From an uncultured bacterium (GTDB lineage: Bacteria > Lernaellota > Lernaellaia > Lernaellales > Lernaellaceae): a stretch of DNA of 16,280 nt. The notes beneath the pieces were generated by a model. The model had not been told where the DNA came from, did no database searches, and was given only the letters and a program-made list of their open reading frames with translations. The position numbers and the translations under genes are program-made. Positions within the stretch are counted from its first letter, which is position 1. Each line of letters begins with the position of its first letter. The DNA is taken from contig CAZHPN010000143.1 in NCBI GenBank assembly GCA_964534375.1, positions 1 to 16,280 of the forward strand, read 5' to 3'. Of this stretch, positions 1 to 6,793 are shown piece by piece.

Positions 1-1
1 C

Positions 2-214
2 GGGCCGGATGGCATTCGCCAGATCATGCCGTCTTTGCACATTCCGTTCACCGTCATGGGCGGCATCAACGAGAACAACCTCGATGCCGTGCTCGCCGCG
101 GGCGCCCGCCGTATTGCCGTCGTCACCGCCGTCACGCAGGCGCCCGACGTCGCCGGCGCGGTCCGCCAGTTCCGCCGGCGGATCCTCGCCGCGAATGAAG
201 CGTACCGCGAATGA
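2..214 (+). CDS. thiE: Thiamine-phosphate synthase, C-terminal part (5' truncated by window edge)
   Basis: Frame +2 is open from base 2: GPDGIRQIMPSLHIPFTVMGGINENNLDAVLAAGARRIAVVTAVTQAPD. This matches the ThiE C-terminal pattern P-x-x-(A/V)-(I/M)-GGI-x3-N...AGA-x2-(I/V)AV-x-(S/T)A. Stop TGA at 212-214. Confidence 0.9.
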   Translation, partial: GPDGIRQIMPSLHIPFTVMGGINENNLDAVLAAGARRIAVVTAVTQAPDVAGAVRQFRRRILAANEAYRE

Positions 215-354
215 ACTTGATTCCGGCATTATTTAGGTTTTTTTCAACGGCGAATGCACGCGAATCCGGCATTATTTACGGCTGGTTTAACCGAATAAAT
301 GCGAATGAATCATGATCCGTTCTTATTCGCGTGAATGCGCGTGCATTCGCGGTT
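189..354. repeat. Cluster of ~10-bp-period (C)GCGAATG(A/C)A repeats with inverted copies, plus a 14-bp direct repeat
   Basis: CCGCGAATGAA at 189-199 and 205-215; AACGGCGAATGCACGCGAAT at 246-265; GCGAATGAAT at 301-310. Inverted array ATTCGCGTGA-ATGCGCGTGC-ATTCGCGGTT at 325-354; 335-354 is the reverse complement of 246-265 at 18/20. TCCGGCATTATTTA at 222-235 and 265-278. Confidence 0.8.
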
Positions 355-420
355 CCAAAATCAATCGGCAAACAAACCCAAATCCGTTCCCGTTCGCCTG
401 CTTTCGCGGTTTTCGTCGCC

Positions 421-449
421 TTGCCGTTGCCGAGCGCATCCTTTAAACT
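421..449 (+). promoter_or_regulatory. Putative sigma70 promoter for the SGNH gene
   Basis: TTGCCG (421-426), 17 bp spacer, TAAACT (444-449), about 70 bp before the start codon. Confidence 0.4.
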
Positions 450-518
450 TTCGCGGATTGCCGGGCTTGGTCAGCGCCCGCGCCAACGCCGCCCGCCGGC
501 AGAAACGGCCGCTTGACG

Positions 519-1877
519 ATGAAGTTGCTCCGCCGCTCGGAAATGTGGCTGCGCCGGCTGGGGCAGCGGCGGGTGGTCTTCGCGGCGGCGGCGGTGATCG
601 GCTTTTTTCTGCTCATATCCGTGGCGTTAAAGGTTCTTGAAGCCGCGGGGTTGGTGGATTCCAATCGCCTTGACGACGCGGTGACGCACGTCCGGCCGAA
701 GCTGCTCAAGGAAATCCAGAACGCGCAAGGCGCTTTTTTCACCGTCGACGATTGCTGCATGCTGCTTTCGGTGATGCCGCAGCAAAAACCGCCGGGCGTA
801 TACCGCATCTTTTTCATGGGGTCGTCGTTTGCGCTGGGCACGCCGTACGCCGGCCAGGAGAATTGGGGCCGGAAGTACGGCGACATCGCCAGTTGGCTGC
901 ACGCAATGCTGGTGCTGCGCTATCCGGCCGGCAAATTCGAGGTGATCGACGCCGGCATCGGCGGCGCCAACTCGAGCCGCATCCGCAACGTGCTCAATAT
1001 GATGGTCAAAGCGCAGCCGGATCTCGTGATCCTCGCAACCGGCAACAACGAGGCGCACATCCCGAATTACGTCGTCAAGAAGCTGCACGAATGGATCGTC
1101 TATCGTCTGCTGAAGAAGCTGCTCTTGCGCCGGCGGCCGCTCGAGGAACGGCCGGCTTACTACGCGCCGACCGCCAGCCTGGCCGAAATCAACGAACTGT
1201 TTCAGAAAAACATCCGCGCGATGGCCGAAACGGCGCGGCGCCGTGGCTTCCGGTTGATGCTGACGAAAATGCCGATCAACCTGACCTACGATTACCGCTT
1301 CAACAAAAACATCTTCAACATTCATAAGTCGTACCTGGCGCTCGACCAGCCGATCATCCGCGGCGTGGCCCTGCAGGACCAGGGTCATTGCGCGGAAGCC
1401 ATCGCCGAGTTCGAACGCAGCGCCAACCGCGGCATGGCCTCGAAGCTCATCGGCGATTGCCTGGCGACGCTGGGCCGCTACGACGAAGCGAAGGCGGCTT
1501 ACCTCGATTACGCGGCGCGCCTGCCGTTCGGACGCATGTCCCCGCTCAACAACGCCTTTCTCGAACAATTCGCCCGGGCGCAGGGCCTGCCGCTGATCGA
1601 CCTGGAGCGCGCGCTCGACGAGGTCTCGCCGCATGGCATCCCGACGCAGGAATATTTTCACGACAGTTGCCACATGACCTGGCGCGGCTACTTCCTGATG
1701 GCCGAAGAAATCATGAATACCGTGATCGCCAGCGGCGTCCTGCCCGCGGCCTTCGGCGCGCCGGGCCCGCCGCCATCGAAAGAAGAGATCATCGAGCGCT
1801 TCCATTGGGACAACCTCGACGCGTTGCAGAAAAAGTATGTCGACATGTATACGCGGATGGGCATCGCGAACCCGTGA
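519..1877 (+). CDS. SGNH/GDSL hydrolase-family protein with N-terminal TM anchor and internal TPR-like helices
   Basis: Block I FFMGSSFALG, block II DAGIGGANS, block III ILATGNNE, block V DSCH (DxxH). Hydrophobic segment VVFAAAAVIGFFLLISVAL. TPR-like GHCAEAIAEFERS and LGRYDEAKAAY. ATG 519 chosen; TTG 513 and ATG 543 are alternatives. Confidence 0.85.
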   Translation: MKLLRRSEMWLRRLGQRRVVFAAAAVIGFFLLISVALKVLEAAGLVDSNRLDDAVTHVRPKLLKEIQNAQGAFFTVDDCCMLLSVMPQQKPPGVYRIFFMGSSFALGTPYAGQENWGRKYGDIASWLHAMLVLRYPAGKFEVIDAGIGGANSSRIRNVLNMMVKAQPDLVILATGNNEAHIPNYVVKKLHEWIVYRLLKKLLLRRRPLEERPAYYAPTASLAEINELFQKNIRAMAETARRRGFRLMLTKMPINLTYDYRFNKNIFNIHKSYLALDQPIIRGVALQDQGHCAEAIAEFERSANRGMASKLIGDCLATLGRYDEAKAAYLDYAARLPFGRMSPLNNAFLEQFARAQGLPLIDLERALDEVSPHGIPTQEYFHDSCHMTWRGYFLMAEEIMNTVIASGVLPAAFGAPGPPPSKEEIIERFHWDNLDALQKKYVDMYTRMGIANP

Positions 1878-1891
1878 CGCCAACGCGCCGC

Positions 1892-1919
1892 TTGACACAC
1901 TGCGCCAAATAGCTATGAT
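1892..1919 (+). promoter_or_regulatory. Near-consensus sigma70 promoter
   Basis: TTGACA (1892-1897), 16 bp spacer, TATGAT (1914-1919); predicted TSS about 1926-1927. Confidence 0.7.
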
Positions 1920-1935
1920 CGCGGCCGTCGACAAC

Positions 1936-1969
1936 CCCGGTCGGATGCAGCGGACCGGGTTTTATTTTT
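1936..1969 (+). terminator. Intrinsic terminator-like hairpin in the predicted leader of the PRTase-like gene
   Basis: Stem CCCGGTC (1936-1942)/GACCGGG (1953-1959), loop GGATGCAGCG, then TTTTATTTTT (1960-1969). Confidence 0.65.
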
Positions 1970-2021
1970 AATCCGACACGGTAGGCTCGACATCTAGGAT
2001 ATCGAACGCCGGAGGACGCGA

Positions 2022-2669
2022 ATGATCGAATTGCAACCCATTTTGCACGTATTGCGGCAGCGCGGAATTCTTCTCGGCCCGGGGCACTTCGTGCTCGGCG
2101 ACGGCTACGGCAATCCGGGCCACCACAGCGCCACGTTTGTCGATTGGCAGAAGTTCAACGAGGCGGTCGACCTGTACGCCGTCCTGGTCGAGCGGCTGGC
2201 CGAGCAAGTTCAACATCTGAACTTCGACCTGATCGTCACGCCGGACGAAGAGTCGCTGCCGACAGCGCGAATGTTGGCCAAGGTCTTCACGGGCTATTCG
2301 TATCGGCCGGAAATTCCGTGCCAGATTTGTTCGGCGACGTCTGCCGTCAAGGACGCCGCGCCCCTCGCGTTGATTCACGACGATTTCGTCAACCGGGGCC
2401 GGCAGTTGAACGACTCCTTCGGCGCGCTCACCCGCAAGGGATACCTGCCCGTAGCGCTTACCTGTCTCTTTACCCGCGTCGCGGAAAACGAAATATTCGG
2501 TCTGCCGATCTACGCGGCGGTCGAGCACGCGGTCGCCGCGACGCCGGCCGACAAGTGCCCGCTCTGCGCCGCGGGCGAGCCGGTCGACGTCCGCTACGGC
2601 AAGGGTGCGCTGTTCGCCGCGCGCCCGGCCGGCGTCGGCGTCGGCGCGACGCCGGCCGCGATGCGGTAG
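2022..2669 (+). CDS. Type I phosphoribosyltransferase-fold protein, orotate PRTase (PyrE)-like but degenerate
   Basis: SD GGAGGA at 2011-2016. GHFVLGDG...GHHSATFVD resembles PyrE GHFxLxSGxHSxxY; C-terminal CPLCAAGEPV...GKG resembles the tail of one PyrE subfamily; PRPP-motif region reads LIHDDFVNRGRQ. Symbol withheld because key motifs are altered. Confidence 0.75.
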   Translation: MIELQPILHVLRQRGILLGPGHFVLGDGYGNPGHHSATFVDWQKFNEAVDLYAVLVERLAEQVQHLNFDLIVTPDEESLPTARMLAKVFTGYSYRPEIPCQICSATSAVKDAAPLALIHDDFVNRGRQLNDSFGALTRKGYLPVALTCLFTRVAENEIFGLPIYAAVEHAVAATPADKCPLCAAGEPVDVRYGKGALFAARPAGVGVGATPAAMR

Positions 2670-2708
2670 CGCAATCGGCGACTTGCATTTTCTTGAGTTA
2701 TCGAAAAT

Positions 2709-2722
2709 GGTGAGCGCTCACC
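2709..2722. promoter_or_regulatory. Perfect 14-bp palindrome, candidate LacI-family operator
   Basis: GGTGAGCGCTCACC, intergenic, just downstream of TTGCAT (2683-2688) and an AT-rich stretch. Confidence 0.35.
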
Positions 2723-2750
2723 GCGCCGCTTGACGCCGGGGATGCCGCTG

Positions 2751-4802
2751 ATGACGAACAACCGCGTCGGCATGGGTTCCGTTTCCGGCGAATCGCGTTC
2801 CCGAGAAATTCCGGTTGGTTGGCTGCTGGCCGCGTGTTGGCTGGCCGTCTATGGCTTTCGATTTTTCCAGCCTGGCTATATTGACCCCGAGGAGCAGCGG
2901 ACCGGCATGTTGGCGACCGGCTTGCGCGACGGTCTGGCGTCCTCGCCGTTTTATTACGAATACGCGCACACGACCGGCACGCTGACCTTCGGCGTCCTGC
3001 TCTACCCGGTTTATTGCTGGTTCGGCTCGCGGTTCGTTTGGATTCGCCTGCTCGGCGCGTTTTTCGTCGCCGGCGGCGTCTATTTCTGGACGCGCGCCGT
3101 GCGGCGGGCCTGGGGTTTCGCGCCGGCCCTGATCTTTTTTCTCTGGACGCTCGCGCCGCCGCCGTTTCTGGAACACTATTTTCACATCGCCTGGGCCAAC
3201 CACAGCGAAAGCCTGTTTTTTTCTGGGCTGCTCGTGCTGCTCTTCCTGCGCACGTCCGACGCGCCGCCGCCTTTCCGGCGGACGCTGGCGACCGGCGCGC
3301 TGGCCGGGTTCGCCACTTTCTTTTGCCTGGAAAATGCACTCGTCGCCAGCGTGTTGGCGGCCATCGCGCTGTGGCGGTGGCGCTGGCGGGGCGTGGCCCG
3401 CTGGGCCGCGCCGGCCGCGCTCGGTTTCGTCGCAGGCTTTTCGCCGGGCCTCTTCACGCCGCGGTTGCCGGCGCATCCGCTGGCGGTCGCGCGGACCGCG
3501 GCGCGTTTCTTTTCGCTCGAAAGCTGGCGCCGCCGCGCCGATTTCCTGACCGGAACGCTGCCGCATTGCGCGGGTTACGCCGGCGCGGCGGGAAAGTGGC
3601 TCTCGTTCGGTTGGGCGGCGTTGGCGGCCCTCGGCGCCGCCGCAATCTTGTGGAACGCCGTCCAGCCGAAACGCCGCGGGGCGGCGCCCGATCCGCCGGA
3701 TTGGCTGGCGCGCGTGCTCGTTCTCCACTTGACGTTTTTCGTCCTGGCGTACGGGTTTCCGGAATTTTCGATCCGTTCGCACGGGCCGGGCGACTACTAC
3801 CTCATGCGGCATCTCGTCGCCGTTTCGCTGACGATGCTCGCCTTGGCGACGTACTTCCTGCTGCGCGTCGGCGGCGTGGGCAAATGGCTGCTGCTCGCGC
3901 CCTTCCTCGCCGGCGGCTTCGCCAACCTCGTGTCCGGTTCGACCGTCAGCGCCGTCGCCCTAAACAAAGGGTTCGCCGAGTTGCGCGATTGCCGCGGCGA
4001 CGACTATCTCTATTTCGTCGATTCCCAGTTGCCGGTCAGTTGGCAAGACCCGGCGGCCGCCGTGCGGTCCGTCACCCGTTTGCCGCCGCGTTGGCGCGCC
4101 GACGGCTATTTCCGCGCCGGCGCCTGGTTCGATCCGTGGATCGTGCTGCCCATCGCCGCGCACGACGCGACGCTGCCCGAGAAAGCGCGTCTGCGCCTGG
4201 CCGCCGGCGCCGGCGCCGCGTTTGCGCAGTCGTCATTTTTGGCGAAATTCCGGACCGACGGCCTCGATCCCGAGCAGCGTCGGGAGTTGCTGTCGCAATT
4301 GCAAAATCTGCCGCCGGCGGTCGCGCAGTCGTTCGCCGGCGGCGTCGGCTACGGCATATCGGAAGAACGAGGGCCGTTGTTTGGCGACGTCGACGCCGCA
4401 GCGGAAACGCAGAAACGCGCGGAAATTGCCGCGGACCTCGCCACGGTTCGGGGATTGCTCCCGCAGTTGAACGAGCGCGAATTCACCGACGCCGTCTTGC
4501 AAGGCGCGGCTCGGTTCCTCGGATACGTTGACAAAGACCTTTTGGCAGACGAAATGACGCCTCACGTCGACGCCTGGGCCGGCGTTTTGCAAACAACGTT
4601 TGGCGTCGACGCGCGATCGCTCTTCCGCAAGAGCGTGTCGGATGGCGCGGTTATGCGTCTTATGAATGAGCGCCGGCGCTTCGTCTGGCGGCCTGGCGCG
4701 GTCGATCCCGCGACGCTTCGCGACGCGTTCGCCGAAAGAGGAATCCGCCTGGTCCGCGCCGCCGCCGAACCGCACTCTTACGAACTCGTCGGCGCCGAAT
4801 AA
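2751..4802 (+). CDS. Polytopic membrane protein, probable GT-C fold (ArnT/PMT-like) glycosyltransferase with a large C-terminal soluble domain
   Basis: First TM followed by an acidic pair (YIDPEEQR); WIRL and WANHSESLFF segments; roughly ten hydrophobic segments in the N-terminal ~400 aa, then a hydrophilic extension. Start uncertain (2730, 2742, 2751 or 2772). Confidence 0.65.
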   Translation: MTNNRVGMGSVSGESRSREIPVGWLLAACWLAVYGFRFFQPGYIDPEEQRTGMLATGLRDGLASSPFYYEYAHTTGTLTFGVLLYPVYCWFGSRFVWIRLLGAFFVAGGVYFWTRAVRRAWGFAPALIFFLWTLAPPPFLEHYFHIAWANHSESLFFSGLLVLLFLRTSDAPPPFRRTLATGALAGFATFFCLENALVASVLAAIALWRWRWRGVARWAAPAALGFVAGFSPGLFTPRLPAHPLAVARTAARFFSLESWRRRADFLTGTLPHCAGYAGAAGKWLSFGWAALAALGAAAILWNAVQPKRRGAAPDPPDWLARVLVLHLTFFVLAYGFPEFSIRSHGPGDYYLMRHLVAVSLTMLALATYFLLRVGGVGKWLLLAPFLAGGFANLVSGSTVSAVALNKGFAELRDCRGDDYLYFVDSQLPVSWQDPAAAVRSVTRLPPRWRADGYFRAGAWFDPWIVLPIAAHDATLPEKARLRLAAGAGAAFAQSSFLAKFRTDGLDPEQRRELLSQLQNLPPAVAQSFAGGVGYGISEERGPLFGDVDAAAETQKRAEIAADLATVRGLLPQLNEREFTDAVLQGAARFLGYVDKDLLADEMTPHVDAWAGVLQTTFGVDARSLFRKSVSDGAVMRLMNERRRFVWRPGAVDPATLRDAFAERGIRLVRAAAEPHSYELVGAE

Positions 4803-4875
4803 GCGACCCGGCCAATGTGGCTGGCGGCGCCTGCTTGCCGAGGCCCCTCCCCCGTTCTCAGTTGCAGGGCGAGGT

Positions 4876-5385
4876 CTAGAGCGAGTGCGTCATTAAGGGC
4901 CAGCCGACATCTACGGCGCGGCAATCGATTCCCTTGGTGCGCAGGCAGTTCGCTAGATCTTCGCGGCCGAGTTGCACCAGCAATCCGGGCAACCCGCCGT
5001 CCGCACCGACCTCCGAATGCAGCGACGCGACTTTGCCGTTCCGAACGTAGGCGGTCCAATGCTCGGTCGGCAGCGTCACCACCCTGTTTGTGGCATTCAC
5101 TTTGGGCACGAAGGGCAAATCGAGCGCGTTCCTGTGCGTGCCGCCGATTCGCGATTCCCCGCGCACCTCGCCCGCCGGTCCTTCCCACGTCGCGACCGCG
5201 TGAATCTTCAGGTCGGGCATCGCCTGCCGCAACGATCGCACGAAAGCGACGAACTCCCGGCCATCGAGCGCTGCCGGCGTCAGGCCGGAAAACATGAAAT
5301 TTTTGTCGAGACAGCCGCGCGCCGCGTCGTCGTTCCCGGCGTCCAGAGCACCGAACAACTCGCCGACAATTTCTGAATTGGACAT
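4876..5385 (-). CDS. SnoaL-like/ester cyclase (NTF2-fold) protein, paralog 3 (169 aa)
   Basis: SD GGAGG before the ATG at 5385. MSNSEIV...AMPDL...GGTHRN...VNATNRVV...LLVQLG; collinear with the two upstream paralogs. Confidence 0.85.
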   Translation of the reverse strand: MSNSEIVGELFGALDAGNDDAARGCLDKNFMFSGLTPAALDGREFVAFVRSLRQAMPDLKIHAVATWEGPAGEVRGESRIGGTHRNALDLPFVPKVNATNRVVTLPTEHWTAYVRNGKVASLHSEVGADGGLPGLLVQLGREDLANCLRTKGIDCRAVDVGWPLMTHSL

Positions 5386-5425
5386 GATTGCCCTCCGCCG
5401 CCCCGCGCCGGCCTCAAAATTCCGC

Positions 5426-5464
5426 CGGCGACCCGGCGCCCGCGTCAGCGAGGCCGGGTTGCCG
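5426..5464. other. Intergenic stem-loop between SnoaL paralogs 2 and 3
   Basis: CGGCGACCCGGC (5426-5437) and GCCGGGTTGCCG (5453-5464) are 11/12 complementary; no U-tract follows. Confidence 0.5.
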
Positions 5465-5474
5465 ACGTTGGCGG

Positions 5475-5987
5475 TCAGTAATTCGGCGTCGCGCCGGCGC
5501 CCGTGCTTTCTTCGATGGTCCGGCAGTCGGCGCCTTTGGTGCGCAGACAATCGGCGAGGTCTTCGCGGCCGATTTGCTTCAGAAGGCCGAGGACGCCGCC
5601 GTCTTGCGCGGACTCAACCGTGAAGGAAACGGCCTTGCCGTTCTTGATCTCGCAGATCCACCGGTCCTTCGGCAAACGAACGGTTTTGTTCGTGGCCTCA
5701 ACGACCGGGATAAACGGCAGCGCCAGCGCGCCCTGATGCGTGCCGGTCACCTGCATCTCCCCGCGGACTTCGCCGTCCTTCCCTTCCCACAGCACCGTCA
5801 CGTTGCGTTTGATGTCGGGAAACGCGGCGGCCATCGCCCGTGTGAAGGCGATGAATTGGTTCCGGTCCAGCGGCGTGGGGGTCACCCCGCGCAACTTGTA
5901 ATCCTTGGCCAGGTAGCTGCTGAATTTGTCGAAATTCTGGCCGTCCAGCGCCGCGAAGGCTTCTTTCACCAGTTCTGAGTTCGTCAT
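5475..5987 (-). CDS. SnoaL-like/ester cyclase (NTF2-fold) protein, paralog 2 (170 aa)
   Basis: SD AGGAGA before the ATG at 5987. MTNSELV...AAFPDI...TGTHQG...EATNKTV...LLKQIG. Confidence 0.88.
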   Translation of the reverse strand: MTNSELVKEAFAALDGQNFDKFSSYLAKDYKLRGVTPTPLDRNQFIAFTRAMAAAFPDIKRNVTVLWEGKDGEVRGEMQVTGTHQGALALPFIPVVEATNKTVRLPKDRWICEIKNGKAVSFTVESAQDGGVLGLLKQIGREDLADCLRTKGADCRTIEESTGAGATPNY

Positions 5988-6027
5988 CTGCTGATCTCCT
6001 CGTTTCCGTGTTGCAGCATGCGTGCGG

Positions 6028-6537
6028 TCAATGCGGGTACGCGGCGGCGCCGGCGCCTGCTTCGATGGTCCGGCAATCACGGTTCCCGGCCCGCAGGCAG
6101 TCGGCCACATCGTCGCGACCGATTTGCCGCAGCAAGTTGAGGAAGCCGCCGTCCGGCGGCACGTCAACGTGCAGCGACTTGATCTTCCCGTCCGCCGCTT
6201 GAATTGTCCATTTCTCCTTGGGCAATTCGACGCGTTTGTTCGTCGCCTCAATCTTCGGAATCATCGGCATCTCCAAGACGCCGCGATGGTTGCCAGTGAC
6301 TTTGACGGTCCCCCGAATCTCCCCTTCCTTGCTCTCCGAGGCGACGGACGCGTTGTGATTGAAATCCGGCAATCCGGTGTGGATCGCCCGCTGAAAGGCG
6401 ATGAATTCATCCTTGTTGAGCGGATTGGGCATGGGGCCGGTAAACTTGAAGTCCTTGGTCAAGTACCCGGCGGCTTCATCCCATTTTTTCGCGTCGAGCG
6501 CGGCAAAGAGTTTATTGGCAATGTCGGAATTGGTCAT
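6028..6537 (-). CDS. SnoaL-like/ester cyclase (NTF2-fold) protein, paralog 1 (169 aa)
   Basis: SD AGGGGAG before the ATG at 6537. MTNSDIA...GLPDF...TGNHRG...EATNKRV...LLRQIG. Confidence 0.88.
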   Translation of the reverse strand: MTNSDIANKLFAALDAKKWDEAAGYLTKDFKFTGPMPNPLNKDEFIAFQRAIHTGLPDFNHNASVASESKEGEIRGTVKVTGNHRGVLEMPMIPKIEATNKRVELPKEKWTIQAADGKIKSLHVDVPPDGGFLNLLRQIGRDDVADCLRAGNRDCRTIEAGAGAAAYPH

Positions 6538-6726
6538 GTTTTTCTCCCCTCGATGGCTGGGCTCTCCCGCGGCCGGCGACACCATGTCGCCGACTTCCGT
6601 GACAAGAATTTGGTCTCGCCGGTCCTCCAAAGCAAGGTGTCGGGCAAAGAAATTCACCGCTGGTCGCGCGGCGCGGCCGCCCGGCCAAACCCGAATCCCT
6701 CATCCCAATCCCGCCCGCCGCCTGCT

Positions 6727-6755
6727 TTGCTTTTCGCGCGATTCTTGATTATTCT
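6727..6755 (+). promoter_or_regulatory. Putative sigma70 promoter of tyrS
   Basis: TTGCTT (6727-6732), 17 bp spacer, TATTCT (6750-6755); SD GGGAGG at 6783-6788. Confidence 0.5.
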
Positions 6756-6793
6756 GGCGCGCCAAATAACGATGCGCCCGCCGGGAGGCCGCG

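Noticed and set aside
189..354. CRISPR array or TPP riboswitch
   Set aside because: Repeats are 10-14 bp, irregularly spaced and partly inverted, with no cas genes; the region is downstream of thiE and lacks the TPP aptamer core (CUGAGA).
627..1934. Long antisense or alternate-frame ORFs (627-1934, 2718-3812, 3014-4531, 6022-7278, 7588-8766, 13117-15606 and similar)
   Set aside because: Arg/Ala/Gly-rich translations typical of off-frames in high-GC DNA; each overlaps a gene with clear family motifs.
5386..6657. Upstream extensions of the three SnoaL ORFs (starts 5550, 6251, 6657)
   Set aside because: Paralog alignment begins at M(T/S)NS with good SD sequences at 5385, 5987 and 6537.
6538..6793. 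T-box riboswitch upstream of tyrS, or a sigma54 promoter for the SnoaL genes
   Set aside because: No T-box consensus or terminator, and the predicted leader is only about 30 nt; the GG-N10-GC spacing is not satisfied at the candidate TTGC sites examined.
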